The notes: generated by a model not told the origin, from the letters alone. A stretch of DNA of 64,000 nucleotides from an archaeon (GCA_043814545.1 JBDRJY010000007.1:6819-70818), one strand, 5' to 3'; counted from the stretch's first letter, positions 36,801-45,593 are shown. Translations and numbers: made by a program.

Positions 36801-39052
36801 GGTTGTTTATCAAGATAATTTTTCTGAAACGTTACAGAGTTAGAATTGATTGACTGTATAATCCACTGATATTCATAAGTTTCATCACCGTCAGACTCAG
36901 TTCGTGTAAAAGGCAAGGCTTGCCCAGTTTGATAATCGTTAGTTGACCCTTGCACATTCAAGGTAGCTTTAGGCATTAAATAAGAAGGCGTTTCAGCAAC
37001 GTTCAACAATTTTACTGTAAGATACTTACCATTATCATCAAGTTCAGCAATACCATACTCTAAATTTTGTTTAATTGCATTTTGTAACTCACTCATCCAA
37101 TCATACAAAGCGCCAAGGTCAGGAATATTATTGTTAGCAACACCACGTTCAAGATATTCTAACTCATACTGTCGAGCACCATCAATATCTAAATTACCTA
37201 ACTCTTTGTACACTTTAGCAATTTCTATTGCAGCCAAATCAGAATATAAGTAACCATTATCATCAGTTTTTGACGAATAAAAATCCATAACATTTTTGAA
37301 ATATTCTTTCGAAGTGCAAAAACGTTTAGCTTGTTCAACAGCTTCTACGTCTGCAGAAGTTAAACCAGCTGAAGGTATAACCATACTACCATAAACTTCA
37401 CAAGGATCGTCGCTTACTGCACGAATAATCTTAACAGTAACTTCGTTACCGCTTTGAGTTAAATCATACTGGAAACCTGCTGGCAAAATCTCTAACATAA
37501 CATCAGCAAGAGTATCATTTTCTTGAACTGTATAAGTCCGTGTCCAGCCTGACGACCCTGTTTGCGCCACAACAGTTGCAGCAGTTTCAAACCTGTCAAT
37601 TAAAGTGCTAACATCTCCACTGCCCCACAGGTTCTCAAGCTTAGCAACATCATAACCAGATTCTAAAGCTGCAACAATATTTTCGATCACAGGCAAATAC
37701 TCAGAACCTTGATCTTCAATCTTTTCAACAAGATCTTCTGCAAAGTCAGGAACATAATCTGCTAAAACAGATTTCTTTTCTTCAACATCAATTATCTGCG
37801 ACAAGTCAAAGTTAACAGTCATAGTTTTCAAACCTTTTTCAAAAGTCAAAGTTGAAAACTGCGTTTCAAGATCAGTAATATAAAACGAACTTAATTTAGT
37901 AGAAGAAGATTTTGAATAGTCAATATCTTTACCTTCTTCCTGTTCACCGCGCATATAAGTTGAAATAGTTTTTTTACCACGAGAACTTTTCAAAACAACT
38001 TGATACTCAGTATCGCCACCAGAAATTACAGGGTCGATTACACTAATGGAATATACTGTCCATATTGAACCCGGATACAGACTATCACCTTCGGACAACC
38101 TTTTTTTGTAAACAACACCATCAACATCAATTTCTAAATTAACTTCAACATTTTGCGGATCAGTTATACTGTTAAGTTTAATTCTAAACGATTCTTCAAT
38201 GATACCTTCGGTTTCTTGCAAGTTAAAATAACCTGAAGACTCCTCACCCACTTTTAAGGTAACATCAGCAATTGGACGAGGCGAACCAGTGAAAGGATAA
38301 GTAATATCATCGCCTGAATAAATCGTGAACGATGCAGATGTATCACTTACATCAGAAGCTCTTATTGCGCCACGATAACCAAAAAACCACGAAACTTCTG
38401 AAGTATCCATTACAGTTGTCGCACCAGCACCACCAACAGCGCCAAGGACAGCGTTGCTTAACCATTTATCTTCATCAGGCTCTTCAGCCAAAGACAAGTC
38501 CTGCTGTGCTAAACTATACAACCGTTCAGCATCTTCAAAATATACAACCGCAGAAAAATTTAAGTTAAAAGAATCAGGCACGTCAGCTTCGACAGGTATT
38601 TGTTTCAACCGCATCCAAACATGACCCATGTTATCTAAAGAATAATCTCTTGGAGCTCTAAACTTAGGACCAGACTTAATTAAATCTGAAGTACCTGCAT
38701 CTAAAGGCAAGACAACCATTTTCTTAACATTAATACCACCATAAAAAGGTTCAACTTCTGCAGGCGTACGCGTTAACGCACCTAAAGTCGTACCAATTAA
38801 ATATCCGTAAACATCAACATCATTATCTTCAATTAAATTTGCAGTAAGCATCAACGGCTCATAAGATTTCAAATTTACAATAACAGTTTCACCGGTTTCA
38901 GCTTCTTCAAAATCTCCACTAGCTTCTTCGATTGCCAGGTCAGGTGTTAAAGCTTCAGCAATTTGTTCAGGCGTACTAGTTTCTAAGGCTGACACAACCG
39001 GCAACATAATTACAAGAATCATACAAAACATAGCAGTGAAAATTTTCTTCAT
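30815..39052 (-). CDS. giant secreted surface protein (2745 aa) with a Cys-rich C-terminal third
   Basis: Signal MKKIFTAMFCMILVIMLPVVSA. An uninterrupted 8.2-kb ORF. The C-terminal ~1000 aa (about 30818..33750) is dense in Cys, with repeated C..C..C and Y/D-rich spacing (CEECNDCVKG, CTDCGKDC, CGDCSEINYC). Overlaps the flanking genes by 4 nt on each side. Confidence 0.7.
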   Translation of the reverse strand: MKKIFTAMFCMILVIMLPVVSALETSTPEQIAEALTPDLAIEEASGDFEEAETGETVIVNLKSYEPLMLTANLIEDNDVDVYGYLIGTTLGALTRTPAEVEPFYGGINVKKMVVLPLDAGTSDLIKSGPKFRAPRDYSLDNMGHVWMRLKQIPVEADVPDSFNLNFSAVVYFEDAERLYSLAQQDLSLAEEPDEDKWLSNAVLGAVGGAGATTVMDTSEVSWFFGYRGAIRASDVSDTSASFTIYSGDDITYPFTGSPRPIADVTLKVGEESSGYFNLQETEGIIEESFRIKLNSITDPQNVEVNLEIDVDGVVYKKRLSEGDSLYPGSIWTVYSISVIDPVISGGDTEYQVVLKSSRGKKTISTYMRGEQEEGKDIDYSKSSSTKLSSFYITDLETQFSTLTFEKGLKTMTVNFDLSQIIDVEEKKSVLADYVPDFAEDLVEKIEDQGSEYLPVIENIVAALESGYDVAKLENLWGSGDVSTLIDRFETAATVVAQTGSSGWTRTYTVQENDTLADVMLEILPAGFQYDLTQSGNEVTVKIIRAVSDDPCEVYGSMVIPSAGLTSADVEAVEQAKRFCTSKEYFKNVMDFYSSKTDDNGYLYSDLAAIEIAKVYKELGNLDIDGARQYELEYLERGVANNNIPDLGALYDWMSELQNAIKQNLEYGIAELDDNGKYLTVKLLNVAETPSYLMPKATLNVQGSTNDYQTGQALPFTRTESDGDETYEYQWIIQSINSNSVTFQKNYLDKQPVSPTFSTKTISLSDTESVDGYNVRVDDVELYKRAHVSIIPGTGRELISRSNFSMHITVDKAAFNLTPKNIDQKINKTQQQIEKLQNTIDTLEKLVKTWKTVCLATFGFLTVKNSFLSGFSTSQARSFVMRGQDGQSGWYAYCQANSGSGKLHQTFDDCIATHSSEITQQIADTKTVVSDVNNQFTDDNYLSQEWYKNLTTGYDDMNTCVEYLGASEFHDLEALRNHAYWTGMSKTRSYNSLSGTQEYNLQAETNTNLAGFTLSNKEKQDACNTAVNATKSKEWKNYFSEHEDEQNRIFTNLYNQALTEPEVTPSEFRYINSDTVDVLTSVYKKESDNNIYADTLSGVLVLTPLDVEEYQTYLENKNKTATGAELEEISKDMDRIASSYENDLTAVVATEQGEVYIDKDTNKLYVAQVTAFSSFTTRTDYAGIPPIERYGDDKPYCVPTNNGEFVKILDFYKDGSPDTLELWNVGADGRLCTGDDVLIMHSSQLELEHSTYNRLRSSVERAIRKMEGKSDGEIVSIEGTSFVISSGKAKSIDPGASMTCYDVMNPGDCKLMFNVCDPVMCPTSRFNLGGRWNVNNVVETGLIGSIVLPWGSGDMVPVCLTGVLAGLQNIQSFMEGYVECLEAAKFEGTSVGICDKIRSVFVCEMIARELINIFNANGGILELLSEKVFGQQEGGGEYLTFQTSFENAANSIEYFTQDYAQTAFSAFQGRSTEEIGALICKQAIFGKMPEFGDLFTQLTEPESPPQFTALLTVKPYAETQQQEAYQSYYHIYAGEDEDATYSVYLKSSTGTLWPYYVTETCGKRSSTIAKGEMADYTVDCATTEGYDEICVRINGVEHCGFGSVSTAFSLDYLNDLLVQDELSREIDSESDCVPSAPRTSPSLLSFTTPYDVDMLTTGLIRICAVNNPGSGTNPNDWLYVGTCGEDSEGRSLGGCWLDSRTITIQDTQRYETVSTELEAIGIEEIKDELGIDDLLDLDDSVNMLDTLEEAVGTATTMNEMVELVNAFNDLYERTLSPDVELQSLYKIGQLFKTMGGMKTTDTQTLMGEDEGLEPLSDVEEAALEAADDITTTTTTVVEEEVVQVDVGYFEYGSDCSDDNQDYACLDIISDYYGVSLTGVSLTVGKCQNGIWEYYSSCDVSASCSPKLCNSDPELCCVKQDALCYGDDCWLECDKDEDCPTIDYECIKSDYCLKTDDIGSFTEELGSITVPRCDDGYCLGGECLDGYCFADCDDANPCPDPANQICISGLCYDYNPTKDVNANAQTQFPKCDYGNTCVDGSDCLSGVCLIECDEKNLCSDNTDYVCVAGYCQTFELTGVAVTWCDVDSECTVYNNEDIEYECKYHSCYPIDSRISCDYPSTGCPSGYECLSEGENSYCYLENTLEEDVYPDYCSTTADCGTYYEDLDVAYYGGIAYTCENHNCVPEITTIQYETCDYANTALDANAIFDKCHQVGYYATDLDTVYLSDDGTTEGTACFLGDDANGEPECKSCLGDSWTFGLVNWGWTYSQGITSCESYSMSHYTYYGVATDNEHFYKKECELDSCSKGPCYWEEDDTLNAGGSCKTALSCEECNDCVKGNENAFDLCHSRDYENGECVLIVSPFDNDNAYCRSCDAITDCETYNYAYDNKYDGEYFAQKECEMDSCGFGTCSWREDSSLDFGGECVSVTKYDCTDCGKDCFSGDNEAFDECHQDYYNRGQCFLGDEGGKSYCKDCNAIDVCVDYSTYAYDGIYDYEEWYVLDESFAQKECGLDACGVGECIWDELNNVCEEKVCENYNSLYEYWQADTSIATIYDICMKDYGDCVLYQGGTGPECGDCSEINYCNDYNTKVFDFTYSDLGTLYSSVELTCKEDPCNLGCDYFYLEEGDEASCQDAGLNVYDVEQLTGVGEIDCSSCEDCNDGTRTSYDKCVAIDGCFLGTTEQGASGCFSCYDFGLDYCYSYNSLIFESVYGGSTMLAQACANDICDIGNCELALIEGTTKFYCTNA

Positions 39053-41049
39053 GTTAGTTCAGGATAAGTTATACCTGTCCCCTCCTCAAGTTTACTATAA
39101 ACATCTGAAAGCTCGTCGTACGTACTAGGCGTACCATAACTGTTAACATAAAAAGTTATGGTGGATGCAGACGACAGTTCATCTCGACCCAAGGTCCATA
39201 AGTATTCTCCCCCGCCACTTACTAAAGAATCAAGAGTCATTGACGGTATTTCCACAGTGGTACATTCTTCATCAGTTCCAAAAAACGAAAACAAACTTTT
39301 CACAGGGTTAGTAACACAATGTTCAACTTCTTGTTCTTCAATAACAAAATCAAAAACTGCGTCAGTTACAATGTAAGCATTAATATCATAATCGCCAGAG
39401 ATTAAGGTTATGGTATTAAACCCCTCCATAGGATACGCTACTGAAGTTGAATAATCTAACTCTTCATTGTTTAACTGAATACTAATTGACTCACTACTTA
39501 AAGGATCTCTTATAGAACCAGACTCGTCAACAACTTTTACTTTAACGTTAAATTCATAATACCTTTCTAAAATAACATAAGCTTCATCTTCATCAATACT
39601 AGAAAACTGCGTTTTACCAGGATGCAAACCTTCTTTTTCAGCTAAGATAAAACCGTTGTAACATGCCGGGAAATCAGCAGTGATACCAACACCTGTAGCA
39701 GTGCTAGAAGTTTCACCAATTTCGCAAACTTGCGTAATACATTTGTACGATACAGTCGCATCGTTAACAGTTTCTAACAAACCATCTTCTCTTGGCGCAA
39801 CTACGTAAACAGTTGCGGGCCAGAATGCGTTTTCGCATATAGGCGTTTCAGGATCAACCACATCTAACAAACCAAGTTCGTTTTCTCGAGGCTGGTTATT
39901 ATCTATGATAACCATATACGCAAACTGAAAAACGTAATCAGACGTTTCATCATATAAGGAAATTAATACAGGATATTTAATATCATAAACAAAATTATAA
40001 GTGTTAAGACAGAAAAACGCTTTAAGATATGAAGGACCTTCACCGCCAGGCATTTCAGGTATGACAGGTTCTGATAACATCAAGTCACCTTCCGAAGGAA
40101 ACACGTCTAAGTATAAAGGCCACGATGTAAAATATTCTAAGTTAGCTTTCACGTTATACCTGTTATAATCTAAAACGTCCCATTCATAATATACACTGTC
40201 AGAGTCAGACATATCATAATCAGTTCCTACTAGTTTCACTTGTGCAACGTTCGCATCTAAATAATTTTTTAAATCTTCTTTAACACCAGTCTTGCTCCAC
40301 GTATCAACTTCGCACGAAACTTCTAAGTCTGATAAAGGCAGTTCTTCATTGATTGCGAAAAGGTCGATGGTACGTTCTTCAAGGAAAAACTCATTATCAC
40401 TATTTGCGATAATCTCAGCAGCCAAATCATGCAAGTCACCTAACGGAACATTCATTGAATAAAAAAACGTGTCAAAGTTATATCTGAAAGAATCTAAGGT
40501 TACTCTTAACGGATATTCGATTGTAAACAAAACTTGATCATCTTGAATATCAACTTCAGTTTCTATAGGACCAGCTGTCATGTTATAAGTTTCAAACATA
40601 TCAAAATCATTGGTACACTTTCCTAAGTTTTGGTTTAAGTAATAAACTAAATGCTCTTGCATTTCTTCAATTGTAGGCGCTGCAGACTTTTGTACACCGT
40701 TAGCTGTTTCATAAAACCAATACGCTACATTATAATCCCCACCTTCAAAAACTTCTAAGTAATTAGAAAACATGTTCGCATCAGTTTGCGGAATAGTATC
40801 ACTCGGTATTAAAATATAACCGCCCTGCGATCCTAAAAGTTCTAAAGCGTTTTGGGTAGTTTCTTCAATACATGCTAAAATAAAATCATTCGGTTCTTGC
40901 ACTTCTTCAGGAACAATTAAAGAAGCTTGCCTTTGCCGTTCCCAATCCGAAAGAAAAAGAACATCTTTATACACAACTACAAAAACTGCGAAGATAAGAA
41001 TAATTAATCCTAATATGACTAATAAAGTCACCTGCCCTCTTTTTTTCAT
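39049..41049 (-). CDS. surface protein (666 aa) with prepilin-like (class III) signal peptide
   Basis: MKKRGQVTLLVILGLIILIFAVFVVVY: a KRG|Q junction followed by a hydrophobic helix. Nearly identical in pattern to the N-terminus of 19587..20189. Confidence 0.55.
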   Translation of the reverse strand: MKKRGQVTLLVILGLIILIFAVFVVVYKDVLFLSDWERQRQASLIVPEEVQEPNDFILACIEETTQNALELLGSQGGYILIPSDTIPQTDANMFSNYLEVFEGGDYNVAYWFYETANGVQKSAAPTIEEMQEHLVYYLNQNLGKCTNDFDMFETYNMTAGPIETEVDIQDDQVLFTIEYPLRVTLDSFRYNFDTFFYSMNVPLGDLHDLAAEIIANSDNEFFLEERTIDLFAINEELPLSDLEVSCEVDTWSKTGVKEDLKNYLDANVAQVKLVGTDYDMSDSDSVYYEWDVLDYNRYNVKANLEYFTSWPLYLDVFPSEGDLMLSEPVIPEMPGGEGPSYLKAFFCLNTYNFVYDIKYPVLISLYDETSDYVFQFAYMVIIDNNQPRENELGLLDVVDPETPICENAFWPATVYVVAPREDGLLETVNDATVSYKCITQVCEIGETSSTATGVGITADFPACYNGFILAEKEGLHPGKTQFSSIDEDEAYVILERYYEFNVKVKVVDESGSIRDPLSSESISIQLNNEELDYSTSVAYPMEGFNTITLISGDYDINAYIVTDAVFDFVIEEQEVEHCVTNPVKSLFSFFGTDEECTTVEIPSMTLDSLVSGGGEYLWTLGRDELSSASTITFYVNSYGTPSTYDELSDVYSKLEEGTGITYPELT

Positions 41050-41106
41050 ATATTGACTTATAGCGTATATAGGTTTAAAAATCTTTTGTTATATATAGAA
41101 GAAACT

Positions 41107-41129
41107 TGGTTTTTGCCTTCGGCTGGAAT
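41107..41129 (+). promoter_or_regulatory. motif copy 4: GGTTTTTGCCTTCGGCTGGAATG
   Basis: Abuts the 3' end of tRNA-Val(-), 58-80 nt upstream of the 39049..41049 start. Confidence 0.55.
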
Positions 41130-41200
41130 GGGCCCGCCCGGACTCGAACCGGGGATTCTCACCAAGTCAAGGTGATGTCATAGCCACTAGACCACGGGCC
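41128..41200 (-). tRNA. tRNA-Val (anticodon GAC)
   Basis: Reverse complement is GGGCCCG-TG-GTCT-AGTGGCTA-TGAC-A-TCACC-TTGACTT-GGTGA-GAATC-CCCGG-TTCGAGT-CCGGG-CGGGCCC-A. The acceptor, anticodon and T stems are perfect. The loop has U33, then GAC. Position 37 is T, which is unusual. CCA is not encoded. Confidence 0.7.
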
Positions 41201-41260
41201 CTTTTAATAAAAAAGAATTAGTTTGATTATAAAAAAGTTTCTAAAAAGAAATAAAAAAAA

Positions 41261-44200
41261 TCATTTTTTCTTTTTCAAGACTAGCGGTATAACAACTGCT
41301 GCTGCAACAATTGCAATTCCAAGACCTATTACAACCCACCACCACCAAGCCATGCCTGCTTCAATGATAGGTTCTTCTGCTATTAACTCTGGCTCAGTTT
41401 CTGCTTCAGGTTCAGTTGTTGGTGCTGCTGCAACTTTCGCTACAATTGCAAAGTATGACAATGCGTCAGACGTTGCTTCAAAGTACACATCGTCGTCATC
41501 TTGGTAAAGCTTCTTGGTTTTTAATTCATTCCAAACACCATTATCATACCTGTACAATATAATGTCTGAAGACTTATGATTATTGTCAGCTAACCATTCC
41601 CTTGTAACATGGAACGTTACTTTAGCCTCATCAATTTCACTATCTTCCAAACCAGTTTTTGTAACAGTTATGTAATAATACAAGTCACCCGGTGCATCTT
41701 TATTAACATCAGATTGCCTTTCAATTTCTTTGGTAACTGAAACTCTTACATTTTCAACATCAGTGTTCGTTGTTAACGAGATACCTGAAACAATCAAAGC
41801 TTTGTCGGTAAACGTTACTACTGCTGATTCCCCTGCAATAATCCTACTTAACGTTGTTGCTGAACTTACAACAACATCAACACCGTTACCACCTGTTGAA
41901 CTTGTACTTGATGAACCTGCTGCAGCTGCTGTCGTAACATAACTGTAAGTTGTACTGTTACTGGTTGTCATAATATTATTTTCTGTATCGTTACATCTTA
42001 CGTACCATGTACCAGCTATTTCTCCAGTGAACACTTGCGAATAGCTATGGTTCAATCCATTACCCAAGAACCTTGTCATCGACGCTATAGCCACATCTGT
42101 TGTTGACCAGAAACAAGTTGCTGTTTCATCCGTCTTAACTAACAAAGTCCAGTTAGCTGTATTACTTGCATCTGCTGTAGCTGAAATTTCAACAATTCTC
42201 GGATAAGCTGTATCATCCATTTGCCTTGCTAATACGTCCCCATCGAAACCAGTTACTTTAAAGAACTGTTGGTTATTAAAAATATGGCTAGAACAGTTAT
42301 ACTTATGTGCAGTAAACTGACTTGACCCTACATTTTCCCCTGGACAACGCAAGTACAACTCATCACTCGCTGTACAATTACTACTAAAGTTATATGGCGA
42401 CTCATAACTACCATCTTTCAGACAAATACCTGCAACATTTTTATTATTACTATAATTAGTACTGTTATAGATATAAATTGTTGTTGCATTTGCTTCAGGA
42501 TATAAGCCATAAGTCCAAACCATACCATAAGAGGTTCTGTTGTGCCAATAAATTGATACATTCCTTAAATCAATTTCTTTAGTTGGCCCAAACGTATAAT
42601 TAAACTCGATAATGTATGCGCTATGGTTATATGTTCCTGACCCGTTTGCTACATCTGAAGCTAGTGAAACATTCGAACCATTATAAAACCTTACAATGCT
42701 TGCTGCACCAGTCAGACTTGTAACATTCACACTCGAAATATTCCAATCTACACTCATGTTTAATTTTACATTAGTAGCAACATTAGTTATGTTACCTGTA
42801 AGGAAGTCAGACGTATCCATTACACCATCATTATCATCGTCCGGATCAATTGCATCTAAAGTACCATTTTCATCACAATCCTCTTTTACTTTAAAATAAT
42901 AATAGACTGCCTGAGCTAATGCATTAGATGCGTTATCTGTCATTCCTGTTAATAATAATGTATAAGTCACACCTGGGACTAAATTTCTGTAAGGGTTCAT
43001 CTCAAGAAACCCTGTTGTATTAGCTGAGATATAATCAATAATACTACCATTATTAGCAATCTCACTAGCATTAGATACGTTATAGTAGAAATGACCATCT
43101 AACCTTGTCGCCCCAGTAACATTTGTATCAAATAATCTTACAGTCGCAGTATTAAAAGAGTTAATATCCATTGTTTCTGAAAAATTCATAGAAATATTCA
43201 TCTTATACGAAACATTAACTGAAAGATTTCCAAAGTTAGCAGTTCTGTTAATGAAACTTACAAAGTTGGGTGCAACATCATCTATTATGAAAGATTGACC
43301 TACATAATTTACTACATAGCCCATATAATCAGATGCGTTAACATCAACTGTATACGCAGAAGAAACATTTGCTAATGTGATTGTTCCGGTATAGTTATTG
43401 TCATCTACCCTTGTTAATAAAGTTCCTTCTGCTGTTACGTTATGGATACCAGTTCCACTATCATTAACATTTACATAAATTGTAACTTGAGTTACATTTT
43501 GTACATAATAGTCACTTAGTAAAACTTCATTAACTGCTGGAGCCATAGTATCAACAGTGAACGTATAATTTGTTGCATATGTACTGTTAGAAGTTGTCGC
43601 TTTTGTTGTATTAATATCTATGTCAGCTGCTAAACAGTTCCAAATATATGTACCATCAGCCATATTACTAATATTTGTTTCAAAAGTTATAGCGTCAACA
43701 CCATAAGGATCATCAGCCACTAATGACTCAGTAAAATTTCCTCCCCATGATGTACCACGGGTAGCATTAGACATAAAAGTAAGACTATAAAGTCCTGATG
43801 CGTCCGATGCACTACAATTAAAAGTAAGATAATTGTTTGTAGTGTTAGTAAAGTTATAACCATTCACTGGAGAATTTAATGTCACAACAGGTGCAGCAGA
43901 GTTTCTTCCAAATTTTACCCTTCTAAAAGATTGCGACCCATTTGCATTACCTAACGAATCATTTGCATAGAACCAAATAGACAAGTTCGTACTTTCGTTA
44001 TTCACTGCAGGGAAAAGTGTGTTAACGTCACAAGGTACTGAAATGTTATTGGACCAATTTATTCCATCAGTATACCTATACCAACAAGACATACTAACAT
44101 TAGATGTTCGAGCATCACTAGCACGTATCTGGAAATTTTGGTTATTGTTATTCGTATAAAGGGTGTTATTAGCAGGAAGCGTAACAGTAATGTTTGGGGA

Positions 44201-44632
44201 AGTATAATCTACGCTTATTGTATAAATTGAGGAGTTTACATAGTTAGAACCTGCGGTTACATTTGTTTTGTTGGCAGCAGCACACATCCAAGTAAAGTTG
44301 CCTTCAGGCAAAGATGCATTAAAGATAAATCCAGTGCTACTTACAACTGCAGTACTGTTTGATACATTAACCATAAAAGTTCCGTTAAAATTGTGCCAGA
44401 AGGTTAAGTTAACAATACCGTCAGTAGCAGTTACACCAGCCCATGTTACATTACATGTAAAATTCTGACCACTTCCATTTAAGCCACTAATATAAATGTT
44501 ATTTCCTGGTGAAATCACATCAACTGATTGTACACCCTGCGTCTGATACTCTGCTATTACATAAACTGCACCTAGTACAATTAATAATACAAACAGAAAT
44601 AATATTCCTCTTTTTATTCCCCTTTTATTCAC
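41261..44632 (-). CDS. large surface glycoprotein candidate (1123 aa), extremely rich in N-x-S/T sequons, with a C-terminal TM anchor and KKKK tail. First gene of the operon
   Basis: N-terminus MNKRGIKRGILFLFVLLIVLGAVYV. About 17 sequons in the first 170 aa (NGS, NFT, NVT, NLT, NGT, NVS, NST, NAS...). C-terminus ..AGMAWWWWVVIGLGIAIVAAAVVIPLVLKKKK. Confidence 0.65.
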   Translation of the reverse strand: MNKRGIKRGILFLFVLLIVLGAVYVIAEYQTQGVQSVDVISPGNNIYISGLNGSGQNFTCNVTWAGVTATDGIVNLTFWHNFNGTFMVNVSNSTAVVSSTGFIFNASLPEGNFTWMCAAANKTNVTAGSNYVNSSIYTISVDYTSPNITVTLPANNTLYTNNNNQNFQIRASDARTSNVSMSCWYRYTDGINWSNNISVPCDVNTLFPAVNNESTNLSIWFYANDSLGNANGSQSFRRVKFGRNSAAPVVTLNSPVNGYNFTNTTNNYLTFNCSASDASGLYSLTFMSNATRGTSWGGNFTESLVADDPYGVDAITFETNISNMADGTYIWNCLAADIDINTTKATTSNSTYATNYTFTVDTMAPAVNEVLLSDYYVQNVTQVTIYVNVNDSGTGIHNVTAEGTLLTRVDDNNYTGTITLANVSSAYTVDVNASDYMGYVVNYVGQSFIIDDVAPNFVSFINRTANFGNLSVNVSYKMNISMNFSETMDINSFNTATVRLFDTNVTGATRLDGHFYYNVSNASEIANNGSIIDYISANTTGFLEMNPYRNLVPGVTYTLLLTGMTDNASNALAQAVYYYFKVKEDCDENGTLDAIDPDDDNDGVMDTSDFLTGNITNVATNVKLNMSVDWNISSVNVTSLTGAASIVRFYNGSNVSLASDVANGSGTYNHSAYIIEFNYTFGPTKEIDLRNVSIYWHNRTSYGMVWTYGLYPEANATTIYIYNSTNYSNNKNVAGICLKDGSYESPYNFSSNCTASDELYLRCPGENVGSSQFTAHKYNCSSHIFNNQQFFKVTGFDGDVLARQMDDTAYPRIVEISATADASNTANWTLLVKTDETATCFWSTTDVAIASMTRFLGNGLNHSYSQVFTGEIAGTWYVRCNDTENNIMTTSNSTTYSYVTTAAAAGSSSTSSTGGNGVDVVVSSATTLSRIIAGESAVVTFTDKALIVSGISLTTNTDVENVRVSVTKEIERQSDVNKDAPGDLYYYITVTKTGLEDSEIDEAKVTFHVTREWLADNNHKSSDIILYRYDNGVWNELKTKKLYQDDDDVYFEATSDALSYFAIVAKVAAAPTTEPEAETEPELIAEEPIIEAGMAWWWWVVIGLGIAIVAAAVVIPLVLKKKK

Positions 44633-44733
44633 TTAAAACACCTCTTGATTATTAATAAAGATTAGTAATCTATGTTTTCGATGATTTTTAAGTATTTAAA
44701 TGTTTTGACAATTTAAGAGAAAAAATTAATTTT

Positions 44734-44756
44734 GATTTTTGGCTTTGCCTTTAAAT
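44734..44756 (+). promoter_or_regulatory. motif copy with flipped stem: GATTTTTGGCTTTGCCTTTAAAT
   Basis: Between tRNA-Thr(-) and the start of 41261..44632. The stem is GGC-TTT-GCC rather than GCC-N-GGC. Confidence 0.45.
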
Positions 44757-44815
44757 AAAATATATTCTGTAAAATATAAATTAGTTTGTTTCAGTTTGTT
44801 TCAAAAAGGTTAGAA

Positions 44816-44887
44816 AGCCTCAGGAGGGAGTCGAACCCCCGACCTGCAGATTACAAGTCTGCTGCTCTACCACTGAGCCACTGAGGC
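44816..44887 (-). tRNA. tRNA-Thr (anticodon TGT)
   Basis: Reverse complement is GCCTCAG-TG-GCTC-AGTGGTA-GAGC-A-GCAGA-CTTGTAA-TCTGC-AGGTC-GGGGG-TTCGACT-CCCTC-CTGAGGC-T. All stems pair. U33, TGT, A37. Confidence 0.75.
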
Positions 44888-44960
44888 ATATAGCAATGTC
44901 AACAATTCAATAATTTAAAAAGGTTTCTAATTAAAAAATTTAAATAAAAATATAAGAATT

Positions 44961-45593
44961 CTAAACTCGTATTAATGCACGAATCTCAGCAATAGATACA
45001 GGATAAACTTTTTTCAAAGCACCTTTCATCTCACGCTGAATTTCTCCAGCATTCAAAGCCGAAACAAATTGCGTAAAAGTTTTATCTTTAGCATATTTTG
45101 CAATAAACTCTTGAGCACCTTTACGAAGATCAGTCAACACACCATTAGTAGTATGAGACTTGGTAAACAATACAGGTTTTACTCTAATCTTAACTTCATC
45201 TTTAGTAACTGTTACAAAAGAATCATCAATTTTTTCCTTAGACCGTTTAGCTAGACGTTTCACATAAGACAAGTTCATATCATAAGCAACAAGTTCTGTT
45301 TCAGCCTTATCACCTTTAACATCTTTAATTCTAAACTTAACAATAATGTTTTGCTTTTTCATATTACGCGTAACCGTCATAAGGTTCATTTTTACAATAC
45401 GATTTTTTAAAGAATCAGCATCAGCAGCCATACTTTCACCTACAACTACAGAGTTATATTCTACCGGAGCTAAAACTGTAAACCATTTTTTCTTATGTTT
45501 CGGTTTTATAACAGGTTTTTTCTTAGGCTTACTAGCTGCCTTCTTCGCCTGCTTAGCTTGTTTTTTTAATAACTTTTTTTGTTTAGATGCCAT
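44961..45593 (-). CDS. rps3ae: 30S ribosomal protein S3Ae (eS1)
   Basis: Lys-rich N-terminus, then ..KKKWFTVLAPVEYNSVVVGE.. (KxWxxIxAPxxF) and ..TVTKDEVKIRVK.. 210 aa. Confidence 0.85.
   Translation of the reverse strand: MASKQKKLLKKQAKQAKKAASKPKKKPVIKPKHKKKWFTVLAPVEYNSVVVGESMAADADSLKNRIVKMNLMTVTRNMKKQNIIVKFRIKDVKGDKAETELVAYDMNLSYVKRLAKRSKEKIDDSFVTVTKDEVKIRVKPVLFTKSHTTNGVLTDLRKGAQEFIAKYAKDKTFTQFVSALNAGEIQREMKGALKKVYPVSIAEIRALIRV

Noticed and set aside
2357-39376. Numerous 60-130-aa plus-strand ORFs nested antisense inside the giant minus-strand genes (for example 2357..2662, 7469..7708, 16298..16579, 16931..17170, 17544..17870, 30988..31278, 31441..31629, 38332..38568)
   Set aside because: Their translations are low-complexity (runs of H/N/Q/K/T/I) and come from the reverse complement of Cys/Asp/Asn-rich coding sequence. 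They have no promoters and show no conservation logic.
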